Of a stretch of 64,000 nucleotides of DNA, positions 46,497-58,166 are shown in pieces. The notes beneath the pieces are model-generated. The model worked only from the letters and a program-made list of their open reading frames with translations, searched no databases and was not told the origin of the DNA. The DNA is taken from the NCBI GenBank assembly GCA_034676185.1, contig JAUCCN010000002.1:5536-69535 (forward strand). The letters run 5' to 3'. Origin of the DNA: Patescibacteria group bacterium (GTDB lineage: Bacteria; Patescibacteriota; Gracilibacteria; BD1-5; UBA6164). Numbering within the stretch: position 1 is the stretch's first letter; every line of letters begins with the position of its first letter. A program made the translations under genes and the position numbers.

Positions 46497-47420
46497 ATGA
46501 TGAATACAAAAAAAATAATTACAGCTTTTGCAATTTCTGCATTTACTGTGACTACTTTTGCACAAGAATTACCAGTTGCAACTACTGCAGCTCCTCTTGT
46601 ACAAGAAAAAACTATTAATCTTACTTCAACTTCTATTGTTTGAGTAGATACTATTGATGCAAATACTGTATCAGTAAGACTTTCAAACCAATTAGGAGAA
46701 ATTTCTTCAACTTCTGAAGCTAAAATTTTAGAAGATGTAGCAGTTTCTGAAGTAACAAAAGATCCAGATAATGCAAAAAAAATCCATATTACTCTTGGTG
46801 GTGAACTTCAAGAAGCAACAAATTATAGTATAATTTCTGTGTCTGAAGGGCTTGATAGTAGTATTGATTTTACTTTCTCTAAAAATGAAAAAGAAGTAAA
46901 AAATACTCTTGTTCCTTCTGAAGGACAAGTATGAATTGCTTCTCTTACATTTATTGATGGAAAAAATATAGAAGTTGCTTTAAATCAAGATGGAACTCTT
47001 CCAGTATATGAATTTAAAGTTTTTAAAGAAATTTCTTCTGTATCAATGTTTGCTGATACTACAAATTTAAATATTCAATTAGAAACTCCGTTATTACCAA
47101 GCAAAGATTATATTTTGATTTTAAATTTAAGAGATAAAGAAAATAAAGATATAGAAGTAGAAAATTCTTTATATGATTTTGTAAGTAGTGAGTTTACTCT
47201 TCCTCCAGTAGAAGAAGTAATTCTTGAAAATGAAGTGCCAGCAGTAGAGGAAGCTCCTGCAGAGAATGTAGAAAACCAAATAACTCAACCTATTGAGGAA
47301 GTTGCGATGAATGTTTCGCAAACTCCTGATACTGGGGCAAAAACAAATGTATTATTATTTGCAACTTTTATTTTAACTTTGTCTATATTTTTAATAAGAA
47401 GAAAAGATTTTAAAATGTAG
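46497..47420 (+). CDS. Secreted surface protein with LPXTG-like C-terminal sorting signal, 307 aa
   Basis: Signal peptide MMNTKKIITAFAISAFTVTTFA. The C-terminus reads SQTPDTGAKTNVLLFATFILTLSIFLIRRKDFKM (xTG motif, TM segment and basic tail). Confidence 0.7.
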
Positions 47421-47482
47421 ATTTTTCTCTATAATAAGTAGTAAGATTTATTCTTACTGCTTTTTACTTGTAAATATTTTTT

Positions 47483-48565
47483 ATGCAATGAACTATTAGA
47501 CCAGATTATATTTTGAGAGATCAACTTTTACAAGTTATGATTGATAACGAAGGAAGTGATATGTATATTACTGTTGGCACGTATCCCGCAATAAAAATTT
47601 GATGAGATATTGTAAAAATAGATGAGTGACTTACTATACTCACTTGGAAAGATACTATGGAATTTACTCAATCAATTGTAACTGAAAAACAACATGAATA
47701 TTTAGTAAAATCGAAAAATCTTGATTTTGCATTTTCTTTCTCTGGAAGAAGATTTAGAGTAAATGTTTCGTTTCAGATGTCAAATTATATGGTAGTTATT
47801 AGACTGCTTGGAAATAAAATACCAACAGTTGATGATTTATGACTTCCAGCAATTTACAAAGAAATTACGAAACTTTGACAATGATTGATCCTTGTAACAG
47901 GACCAACAGGAAGTGGAAAATCAACGACTCTAGCAGCTATGATAAATTTTATTAATCAAAATTATAATAAACATATTATCACGATTGAAGATCCGGTTGA
48001 GTATCTTCATCCGCATGGAAAATCTATTGTAGAACAAAAAGAAATTGGAAAGGATATTCCGGATTATAAAACAGCACTTGCTTGAGCTATGAGACAAAAT
48101 CCACAAGTTATTTTATTTTGAGAAATGAGAACCACTGAAGAAATTGAAATGGCTTTAACACTTGCTGAAACGGGACATTTAGTGTTTTCTACTCTCCATA
48201 CTCGTTCTGCATATCAAACGATTTCAAGAATTATTGATAGTTTTGAATCTGGTCAACAAAATCAAATCAGACTTCAACTTGCTGATAGTTTGGTAGGAGT
48301 ATTTTCTCAAAGACTCCTGAAAGCGAGTGATGGAAGTGGAGTAAAATTAGTAAAAGAAATTCTTACTCGTACTTCGGCAGTGGTAAATTTAATTAGAGAA
48401 AATGATCTCCATCAGATTCCTTCAGTGATGCAAATGTGATCAAGAGATGGAATGCAAATTTTAGAAAAAGATATTATTGAACTTATCAATTTATGATATA
48501 TTTCAGAAGAAGAATGACTCAAATATGCAAATAATCCTAAAATTGTAAAAGAATGAATGAATTAA
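47483..48565 (+). CDS. pilT: Type IV pilus retraction ATPase PilT, 360 aa
   Basis: GSDMYITVG, Walker [25 protein letters not shown]-like [25 protein letters not shown] and AVVNLIRE. Confidence 0.9.
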
Positions 48566-48594
48566 AAAAATCCTGAAATTTTCAGGATTTTTTT
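48564..48594. terminator. bidirectional terminator
   Basis: AAAAAAATCCTGAAATTTTCAGGATTTTTTT. Confidence 0.65.
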
Positions 48595-48596
48595 AA

Positions 48597-49130
48597 TTAT
48601 TCTTTTGGAATTACTGCTTCAATAGCTGCAAAGGTTGCTTCTTTTCAAAGGGGAAGTATGATAGTGAGACTATCTCAAATTTCTCATTTAAAGTGAGTTA
48701 CCGCAGCTGTAAGTAGATTATATGTTTTTCCTTCTGCTACGACTTGGTATTTTCCATTTTCTTTTACAAGAAGTCCAACTTTTGTTTCTCTTTCAATAGG
48801 TTGAATTTGTTTGTAGAGCATTTTTCCGCTTCCATCAATCGTAAGTTTGAGTTTATCTCATTGTACGAGCTTTGATTTTGAAGCATAATTTGATGGAACT
48901 GGATATCTGTGTCCATCTGCTCAGAGCATTTCTTCTCAAGTAAATACTCCTTCAACGATTTTATTATCATCAGTTCTATATTCTGTCAGTCAAGAAGTAT
49001 CAAGTGAGAGTTCACTAGAGTCAATATTATTTTCTTTTAAAACTTCGCTTAAAAGTTTTTTGGCATTTCTGATTGATTTTTCAGCTGATTCTATGAAATC
49101 TTTTATAGCAATAATTCTTTTTTGTTCCAT
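48597..49130 (-). CDS. Conserved hypothetical protein, 177 aa
   Basis: The frame with TGA=Gly gives ...GVFTGEEMLGADGHRYPVPSNYASKSKLVQGDKLKL... The competing standard-code track ORF 48764-48970 is in another frame and is rejected. Confidence 0.55.
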
Positions 49131-49223
49131 TTTTGTTTTTATATTAAAAAATATTTAGGTTTATTATATGGGAAACGATTTTTTTTGTAAATGAAAAAGG
49201 TATTTACAATTTTTAAATATTAT

Positions 49224-50306
49224 TTATACATTATTTAATAATTTTTGTAATACATCACTAAAAAAAAGTACTCCATATATTCATAAAGCAAGAAATGGGC
49301 CAAAAGGCATTTTTGTATCTAATGGTACTTTTGAAGATTTGATTCATAAAACTTTTTTTATTTTATGTAAAAACTTTTTTTGCTGCTTATAATATTCTCT
49401 TGTTTTTGTGTAGATAATAATTCCAATTCATACAATACTTCCTAAAAAATAGGAAAGTAAAACTGCATGAAAGCTAAGGCTTACTCAAGCTATAAGTCAC
49501 ATTAAAATTCCAATTCTTAGATCACCTCACCCCATCCAACTTCCTCCAGAAAAGAGTATTTGTAAAAATAAAAATAAAAATACAAAAAAACTCCCAAGTA
49601 TAGCACTTCCTATACTTGATTGTTCAAAATCTATGTACAAGAAATATTTTATAAAAATAAGAATTCCTCATAAACTAAGAAGTATGAGTATATCGTATAT
49701 TTCTTTTAATCATTTGAGCATAATGAGATAAAAGCTTCCAATCATAAGAACTCAAAAACCTATGAACATAAATAATTCTCCCTGAGAAAAATTACTTGAA
49801 TATCCAGGAAGGATTGAAATAATATGAAAATCTGGAATGAGGCTTTGGATTGCAATAGTAATAAAAGTAATACTTATTAATCCAAATAAAATACTATCAG
49901 GAATTTCCAAATAGAGAATATCGTAGAAAACATATACAATAGTAAAAAATGAAAAAAGTAAAAAAAATCATAAAGAATATATTTCTTTCATATTTCATTC
50001 TAAAAGAAGCGAAAAATCAATGAGAAAATATCCAACGAGCATAAAAAGTAATCCAGTTGCCATTTCCAGTATAGGATATATAAAACTAATTTTTTCTTTG
50101 CAATATCTACATTTTCCACCATTTCATAAAAATGAAAAAATAGGAATTAAATCAAGTATTCAAAGAGTATGTTTGCATTTTGGACATTCACTTCTTCCTC
50201 AAATAATTCAAGATTTTTTATGTTTGAGTCTATGAGTAACTACTGACGAAAAACTTCAAAATAAAGTTCAAAATATAAAAAGATAGAGGTAGAATAATAT
50301 TTCCAT
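49224..50306 (-). CDS. pilD: Prepilin peptidase (A24 family leader peptidase/N-methyltransferase PilD), 360 aa
   Basis: Zinc-binding CPKCKHTL...GKCRYCKEKISFIYPILE, a multi-TM body, GGGDLRIG and MPFGPFLALG. Confidence 0.85.
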
Positions 50307-50438
50307 ATTAAGTATTTTATAAATAATAGAGGGATTATATAGAAAAAATGAATTTTTGGAAATTTTTAGAATGAAGAAAGTTGCAAAAAAAATATTTTAT
50401 ATTATAGTAGCGAAACTTAATTATTAAACATATTTTAT

Positions 50439-50657
50439 ATGGAAAAAATTACCATTGAACTTCCAGGTGAATATAGAGAAACTATGGACTTTTTAAAACA
50501 AGTATTAGCTGGAAAAAGTTGAGAACCAGTAAAAGATGATACCGAATTATTTGAAGTATTAATTTCTGGATTTATGGCAATGATAGATCAAGAAATGCAA
50601 CAAAATGATCATACACATCATCATGAACATGGAGAACATTGCAATCACGATCACTAA
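50439..50657 (+). CDS. Hypothetical small protein with His-rich C-terminus, 72 aa
   Basis: ...QQNDHTHHHEHGEHCNHDH, with the stop at TAA 50655. Confidence 0.5.
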
Positions 50658-50660
50658 AAT

Positions 50661-50695
50661 AAAAATCACTTTTTAAAAAAAAGTGATTTTTTATT
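50661..50695 (+). terminator. rho-independent terminator
   Basis: AAAATCACTTTT..AAAAGTGATTTT hairpin followed by a T-run. Confidence 0.6.
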
Positions 50696-50760
50696 TTGAA
50701 AAATTTGTTAATAGAGAGAATATGAGTATATTTTACAAAAATAAATACTAATTTGAAAAA

Positions 50761-51960
50761 ATGTATAAAATTGGAATAGATGAAGCAGGGAGATGACCTT
50801 GGATTTGACCAGTAGTAGCTTGTAGTTTAACTTTTAATAAAAATAATCTTCCAGATAAAAATTTTCTTTGAGAATTAGGAGATTCTAAAAAACTTACTGA
50901 GAAAAAAAGAGAAGAATTATTTGAAAAGCTAATAAAACTTTCTACTTGAGAAGAACCACAAGTATATTTTTGAGTGTGAGTAGTGGATAATTATGTCATT
51001 GATGAGATAAATATTAAACAAGCAAATAAAGAAGCTATGAGGAGAAGTTTAGTAGAGCTTTTAAGAAAAATAGATAAAAAAAAGATTGAGGGAGTTTTAG
51101 TAGATGGAAATGACAATTATATATTTGAAGAGTTAGAAAAGAAACCGATTTATATTATTGAAGGAGATGCGAAAGTAGTTGAAATTGGAGCAGCTTCTAT
51201 TATAGCGAAAGTTTTTAGAGATAAACTTATGTCTACCTATGCAGTATTATATCCAAATTTATGATTGGAAAAGCACAAATGATATGGAACAAAAAAACAT
51301 AGAGAGTATTTGAACGAACCTTCAAAAATTACTGGAATTCATAGAATTTCCTATAAACCAGTAAAAAAAATATCAGAGCAAAAACCAAAACTACTTTTGC
51401 ATATATGTTGCTGACCAGATGCAAGTATTCCTATAGTTGATTTAAAAAAGGATTATGAAGTGATTTGTTTTTGGTATGACCCAAATATTCAACCAAAAAA
51501 AGAATATAATAAAAGATTAAAAGCTTTAAAAAAAGTTTGTGAGATAGAATGAGTTACTTGGATAGAATGAGAGTATGATGTGGTGAATTTTTTTCAGGAA
51601 ATAAAATGACTTGAACATACTCCTGAAAGATGAGAAAAATGTGTGAAATGTTATGATATGCGACTCAAAAGAACCGCAATTGAAGCACAAAAACTTTGAA
51701 TTACCTATTGGACTTCAACTCTTCTCACTTCTCCGCATAAAGATATAGAAAAAATGTTTGAAATAGGAGAGAAATATTCACAAGATTTTTTATCAGAGTG
51801 AACCATAAAAAAGAAATTAGAGTTTTTAAAAATTGCATTTCGAAAAAATAATTGATTTTTAAGAAGTGTAGAGTATTGTAAAACCCATGATATTTATAGA
51901 CAAAATTATTGTGGATGTATTTATTCAGATACTTTTCAGTGAGAAAATTTTAGTTGATAA
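50761..51960 (+). CDS. rnhB: Fusion protein: ribonuclease HII (N-terminal ~200 aa) + epoxyqueuosine reductase QueH/DUF208 (C-terminal ~190 aa), 399 aa
   Basis: The N-terminal part has IGIDEAGRGPWIGPVVA, DSKKL and KGYGTKKH...ITGIHRISYKP. A single frame then continues into LLLHICCGPDA...FWYDPNIQP..EY..R...ERGEKCVKCYDMRL...TSPHK...YRQNYCGCIYS. Confidence 0.75.
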
Positions 51961-51970
51961 ATTTTAATAT

Positions 51971-52516
51971 ATGTCAATTTTTGATGGATTAAAAGCTAAA
52001 GAGCAAGAAAAAAAAGTAAAAAATAAAAAAGAGCTTTTGCAGGAGCAAGAAGCAACTCTTGATTTTCAAAAATCTCAAAAAAGAATTCGAGAAAAAATCA
52101 AAACAAAAGAAGCTCTTGATATGCTTAAAGAACTCGTAGATGCTTGATTTTTAACTCAAGAATCAGTAGAAAAATTTTCTTGATGAGAAAGACTTTCTAC
52201 CAAAGAAGTGAAAGAAATATTAGAAAAAATTACTGAACTTCAAACTCTTGAAACTTCTCATAAACTTTTACCAAAACAACTCATCATTTCACCAGAAGAA
52301 TATCTTGAGGCTTTATGAGATTTTGAGAAAAAAAAGGCACTTCTTCAAAAAATTGATCAAGCACTTGATACTATTTATATGAATATGGGAAGCGGATTTA
52401 TTTTTTCTGTTTTTTCTTTTCTCTCTTATAATTTATTTTTATCTCAAAATGTGAGACAAATTCAATGAAATTTGATAGATATAAAAAATGATATTCTTAC
52501 TACTAACACTCTTTAG
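51971..52516 (+). CDS. Hypothetical protein with C-terminal TM segment, 181 aa
   Basis: Lys/Glu-rich helical N-terminus, then GSGFIFSVFSFLSYNLFL. The stop is TAG. Confidence 0.5.
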
Positions 52517-52518
52517 TT

Positions 52519-53397
52519 ATGAATTTATTTATCGCGATGTTATCGACTCTTTTTTCTTCTCTTTGAGATATTTTCTTTAAAAAAGCTTTAAGATATAATA
52601 TCAATTTATGGAATAATGATTTTTTAGGACAAATATTTCCTTTATTTGCTTTTGTCTTTGCCTATTATTATTTAGAATTTCAGTTTGATACGACTTTATA
52701 TTTATCTTGGAAAGTACTTGCTTATATATTGCTCTCTCTCTTTTTTTATACGATTGGAAGATATTTTCATGCAAAGATTTTTAAAGTGGAAAAAATTATT
52801 CACTTGCTTCCATACGAGAATTTAAGTAAAATATTTACTATTATTTTTTCTTTTTATCTTTTTAGTGATATTTCAACTCTTAGCTTTTTGATAACTCTTT
52901 TTACTATTTTTGTACTTATTGTTTCAAGTATTGATTTTAAAAATGTTACTTTTTGAAAAAATATTCTTATTTTTTCTTTTTCGCATTTACTTTTATCTGT
53001 TTGAAACTTGATTGTAGGATATATTTTACTTGAAACTTCTGCTTGAGGATTGGGTGTGAGTGGATATAGTTTTATTACTACTTATTTAGTGATGTGAGTG
53101 GTTATATTTTTGTTTCCATTTTTCCTATTAAAATGGTATGGAGAATTGAGAAATGTGGATTTTTGATTTTATACATATAGATGAATTTCTTGATTTTTAT
53201 CTTGGTTTTCATGGTTTTTATCACTGGTAGTTATTTCTTATTTATGACTTTCAGTTTCTGTATTACTTTCATTTTTGTGAATTTTTTCTACTCTCTTTTT
53301 TGCTTTTTTTATTTTAAGAGAAATCCCAAGAAGAAAAGATATTTTTTTGACTTTCATTGTTTTAGTTTTAATATCAGTGTGATTTTATTTTAAATAG
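52519..53397 (+). CDS. DMT/EamA-like multi-pass membrane transporter, 292 aa
   Basis: About ten hydrophobic segments. The frame was verified codon by codon from 52954 to TAG at 53395. Track ORF 53181-53393 is off-frame. Confidence 0.55.
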
Positions 53398-53406
53398 TTT
53401 GTGAGA

Positions 53407-54126
53407 ATGAAAAAAATATACAAAGATAAAATTTGCAATATCTCAAATACTGATATATACGATAATACCTTTTTATTCCCTTATTTAGAAACTCAATTTG
53501 AGAGTCAAGAGAGAGAAGTTTTTTTTATGTGAGAATTACTTTTACAAAAAGAAAATACACAACTTCTTGATAATTTATGAGATAAATATGGAATGTTTTC
53601 TAATGTGTATAGCGAAAAAGATGAACTGAATATCTTTCAAAATCTTTTTGATTATGCTATAAGGAATCATAAAAAAATCCATATTGTTTGAGTGACTCTT
53701 GAAGAAGAAATAAAAATTTTAGAAGAGTATTATGCAAGTCTTGGTTTTATGAGAGAAGATATCAATTGTTTTAAAGTTGATTTTAGGGAAGTACTTGTTT
53801 CTGTTTCAGTGCATATTGAAAATCTTATGTGGAGGGGGAGTGATTATAAAAGAATGGGGAAAGAAATATTTTTTCTTCCTCCTATTCGCGAAGCCTGACT
53901 TACAAAAGCAATGTTTAAATGAATAAATAGAGGAGTTATTGCTTGAATGTATATGAAAGATTTTGATGATTGAAAAAAAGAATTTTTAAAAAATTGTTTA
54001 CTTTCTGAACATATTCTTCCACTTACTCTTGGGAAAGTTTTATGTTATAACTTAGAAGATATCGGTTTTGTATGAGAAAAAAAAGATTTATATATTAATT
54101 ATGAAAGAAAAGAAATTGAAAAGTAA
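53407..54126 (+). CDS. Hypothetical protein, 239 aa
   Basis: ATG to TAA. Track ORF 53692-53898 is in the same frame and is extended through TGA. There is no confident family assignment. Confidence 0.5.
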
Positions 54127-54148
54127 AGAATTTTAAATAAGAAAAATT

Positions 54149-54844
54149 TTATTTTTCAAATAATTTTTCTATCTCACTTTCTTCTAAATATTTCCATTCT
54201 CAAAGAGCTAAATCTCATAGTTCAAGATTTCAAATACTCACTCTTTTGAGTTCTATAACTGTATTTCAAATTGCTTCAAACATTTTTTTGATTTGATGAA
54301 ATCTTCCTTCGCTAATAGATAAATATATGGTATTTTCATTTATTTGTTCTACTTTTGCAGGTTTAGAAATACTCTCATCAATTTTCACTCCGTTTTCTAA
54401 TTTTTGTATATCTTTTTGAGAGATATGTTTTTCTCAAACGACAAAATATTTTTTGAAAATATCTTTTTTTGGAGAAATAATTTTATGAGTAAGATCTCAA
54501 TTATTGGTCAGAAGAAGTAAGCCAGAAGTATCAAAATCAAGTCTTCCTACTATATCAATAATTTGACTATAAGGACAATCTTGTAATAAATCTAAGTAAC
54601 TTATATGTCATCATTCAGATTTTTTGCTTGAAATATATCAAATAGGTTTATTAAGTATTACATACATAAATTCTTTGTATTCAATGCTATCTTCTCAAAT
54701 AGAAATAATATCTCAAAATTTAATATCAAAATCTTTTTCATAAATAGTTTCTCCATTTACCTGAATATATTCATTTTTTATAAATTGAATGATTTGTTTT
54801 CTAGAACCGTATCATAAATTAGAAATAAATTTATCAATTCTCAT
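54149..54844 (-). CDS. rsuA: rRNA pseudouridine synthase (RsuA/RluB family, S4 domain + catalytic domain), 231 aa
   Basis: MRIDKFISNLGYGSRKQ (S4 domain), YVILNKPIGYIS, and the catalytic GRLDFDTSGLLLLTNNGDL. Confidence 0.8.
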
Positions 54845-54883
54845 ACTTTTTACCTATAAAATAAACTAGAATTCTACTATATA

Positions 54884-54925
54884 AAAAAATCCTAAAAAAC
54901 CAAGTTTTTAGGATTTTTTATTTTT
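54884..54925 (-). terminator. rho-independent terminator of surface protein gene
   Basis: AAAAATCCTAAAAA..TTTTTAGGATTTTT hairpin with a flanking T-run on the minus strand. Confidence 0.6.
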
Positions 54926-54933
54926 TAAATTTT

Positions 54934-56322
54934 TTAAGCACTTTTTCTTCTTATAAAGAATACTCCAGCCCCAAGAGAAAGAGCAATAAGTACGAATAAC
55001 ATTTCTTTTGGTCCAGTTTGTACTTTTGTCATACTTGAGTAGTTTGTACTTTCCACATTACATACATCATCTTTAAAGACTGCTTTTACTGCAAAATTAT
55101 CATATTCAACAGTATCTCATTGTATAATGATTTCATATTGATTTTGTGTAACATTTTCAATAAGAGTCATATTTTCACCACTTCTATCTTTTTTATATAC
55201 ATTATAACTTGAAGCTTTTTCTACTTTATCCCAAGAAATAACTGATTTTGATTTTAATTTTACTGAAGATATATTTTTTACTTCCAATTCTTTTTTAAAG
55301 TCATCACAATTTACTTCTACTGGGGAGGTATCTTCTTCAGTAGAAGCAAGAAGTTCTACTGCTTTTACTTTTATAGATTTTACTTTATCTGCTTTTGTTT
55401 CAAGTCAGAGTTCATTTTTCATAACTACATTTATATCGTATTCTCATTCATTTTTAGGAGTAGAAATAGTTCCGATATATGTTCCTGATTTTTCTTCTTT
55501 TAAAGAAGTTACCATATCATTTATAATAATATTGAGAGAAGTAAGACCATTAGTTGCTTCTACACTTACTCAAACACTACTTTCTGAATTATATTCTTCT
55601 AAATTTGGATTGAGAGAAATACTTTTAAATACAGGAGCATTTGACTCTACTTTAAAAAATATTTCTTTTGAACTTCATATAATAGTTCAGTCAGCATCAA
55701 GTAATTCTGCAACAAAAACATTTTCTCAAGATGGAATATTGTTTATTTCTATTTCAAAAATTCATTCAGCATTACTAATTGTTTCTGTACTTGAATCATT
55801 ATTGAGAAGAATTTTGACTTTATGATTTTTAGAAGCCGTTCCACTTACTTTTATTTTGTTTGCTCCTATTGTAATTCATTCTTCAGGATATTTAATAGCA
55901 ATATCTCCTTCTACTTTAGTTCACCCATCAGCAGTAACTTCTATTTCACTGTATCAAAATATATCATAATTAGAATTATCATACACACTAATATCTTGAA
56001 TTCAAGCCTTTGTAAATTTAATAGCATTTTCAAATTTTACCACTCATCCATCACTTGCTTTAAAGGTATAGAGATTTTCTTCTAAAATTCCAGGAAATAC
56101 GGCTTCTTTATCTGTTTGAGAAAATATAAGTATTTCACCAACATAGTCTTTTACTACATTTCCACTTTTATCTACTGCTTTTAAAGTAATATCAATAGAT
56201 TCTCCAACTTTTACTTTTATTGGATTGGCTTCAATCTCAAAACGATCAACAGATGCAGCAGAAGCAAAATGGAAAAATCATATTCCTAAAAGAAGAGTTA
56301 GAATTCTTTTTAAATTTTTCAT
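54934..56322 (-). CDS. Secreted Ig-like/FN3-like repeat surface protein with LPXTG-like C-terminal sorting signal, 462 aa
   Basis: Signal peptide MKNLKRILTLLLGIGFFHFASA and beta-rich repeats. The C-terminus reads MTKVQTGPKEMLFVLIALSLGAGVFFIRRKSA. Confidence 0.7.
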
Positions 56323-56418
56323 AATTTTTATTTTATAAATTTAAACTACACTTGTATTTTACTACAAAATTTTTATATTTACAACTCAAATATACTTTAC
56401 AAATATTTAAAATATGGT

Positions 56419-57468
56419 TTAAATAAATAAATTATTTGTTTCTTGCTTTTCTAAAGCAGTTATTGATGTATAAATTATTTGTAAATGAGAGAGTGTTTGC
56501 AGAAGTAAATCAATATGATCACTGTCTAACTCACTTCACAAATCATCAATAAGTAATAGGGGAGTTTTTCCCGTTTTGTTTCGAATATATTCTATTTCAA
56601 TGAGTTTTAGAGAAATAATAATACTTTTTATTTCTCATCTAGAAGCAAAAGACACAAGTTCTTTTCCATCAACACGGATATTAAAATCATCAATATGAGG
56701 TCAAATATGAGTTTTCCCTAAGATAATATCTCTTTCAAAATGAGTATCTAAATATTCTTGCATACTTTTTTCTATGTTTGAGAGGTCTACTTTTGAAATA
56801 TACTCATAATTTAAATTTTCTACAGGATTTTTGAGAAAATAGTTTTTTCTAATAATTTGTTCTCAAATAAAATCTCCAAGTGGAATTCTATATTCATAAA
56901 TTTTTTTTGCAAGGAGAATAAATTCTTTGTTCCAAAACTCTATTTCTTCTTTTTTTGATTTTTCTTCAAAAATATTTTTTAAAACTCTATTTCTATTTTT
57001 TACTATTTTTTCATAGGCTTTTAAAAGAGAGTCATATTCAGGAAAAATATTTGTCAGGATTTCATCTAAAAAATCTCTTCTCATTTTTGGTCCAAGATAA
57101 AATAAATTCATATGAGTAGGCGAGAAATAAGATACTTTTAATATATTTTCAAATAAATGTTTTTTGGTAACTTTTTTTCCGTTGAGAGTAAAAATTTTTT
57201 TATTTTGTTCCTGGTCAAAAGAAAAACCTAAAGTATGTTGTAGATTATTTTCTAAAAAAACTCCTTCAAGATACATATATTTTTCTCAATTCTTTAAAAC
57301 ATCTTCGATTCATAAAGAAGTATGAGAACGAAAAAAAAGATAGGAAATTGCTTGTAAAATATTTGTTTTTCCTGCTCCATTTTTTCAGATGATGGCATTG
57401 CTTTTTTGAAAATATAAATCCATATTTTCTATGGATCTAAAATGAATAATTTTAACTTTTTGTAGCAT
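56419..57468 (-). CDS. recF: DNA replication and repair protein RecF, 349 aa
   Basis: Walker A IIGKNGAGKTNILQAI, GPHIDDF, SRGEIKS and Walker B PLLLIDDLGSELD. Confidence 0.9.
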
Positions 57469-57473
57469 TATTT

Positions 57474-57764
57474 TTATTTCATTATATCACTAATTGCAAT
57501 TTGATTTGCAATTACTTTTTGCTCAGAACAAGCAAGTAAACTACTTGGAGAAAATTCTCTTTTTTCTTCATCATCTTTTAAAGGATGTTGAGCTTTTGAT
57601 ATTACATTTACAGTTGGAGTTACATTTGAAGTATCAATTTCATTTAATAAACTGACATATTTTAAGATAGAATTTATGCTTCCAACTAACTTTTCTTCAT
57701 TTTTTGGTTCCAATTTTGAAAGATTTTTTGCAATTTTATGAATTTCTTCTTGTGTTATGCTCAT
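57474..57764 (-). CDS. gatC: Asp/Glu-tRNA amidotransferase subunit C, 96 aa
   Basis: The intact track ORF reads MSITQEEIHKIAKNLSKLEP...VSLLNEIDTSNVTP. Confidence 0.8.
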   Translation of the reverse strand: MSITQEEIHKIAKNLSKLEPKNEEKLVGSINSILKYVSLLNEIDTSNVTPTVNVISKAQHPLKDDEEKREFSPSSLLACSEQKVIANQIAISDIMK

Positions 57765-57828
57765 TTTTAAATATATTATTGGGTAAATCGTGTGATTTAA
57801 TATATTATTAAATATTAAAAAATCAAGT

Positions 57829-58146
57829 ATGGATTATAAAAAAGAATTGAAAAAATCTTTTCAAAATGGACCACTTCTATTACAACATAGATATTTAGCA
57901 TCAAGAAATGTGTTTATGTACATGAGTTTTTTATTTTTTTTGAATTACTTTTTTGTTTGAGCAAAATTTTTTGATACTTTGTTTATAAATACTCTTCCAT
58001 ATATGTATGTATGATTTTTACTTACATTTATGGGATTTATTTATTTTTTTCTTTGGAAAGCTTTTTCTCCTAACTCATTTATAAGGATATGAATTTTGTG
58101 AATACTTATAGTTTTATTTGGTATAAGTATGTATCCAATTTTTTAG
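57829..58146 (+). CDS. Hypothetical membrane protein, 105 aa
   Basis: Three hydrophobic segments. The stop is TAG. Confidence 0.45.
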
Positions 58147-58166
58147 TTTATAATGCTTTTTGGTGT

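Noticed and set aside
48764-48970. Standard-code minus-strand ORF of 68 aa.
   Set aside because: It is in a different frame from the longer table-25 ORF 48597-49130, which gives a more protein-like sequence (YPVPSNYASKSKLV).
53181-53393. Plus-strand ORF of 70 aa (MNFLIFILVF...).
   Set aside because: It is off-frame with respect to the continuous table-25 membrane protein at 52519-53397.
53407-54126. A faint PPIRE...G.I resemblance to amidohydrolase/dihydroorotase motifs.
   Set aside because: The match is too short, and the metal-binding His and Asp residues are not evident. The gene is left as hypothetical.
55532-56085. Two plus-strand ORFs (97 and 87 aa).
   Set aside because: They are antisense to the 462-aa secreted repeat protein and have no motifs.
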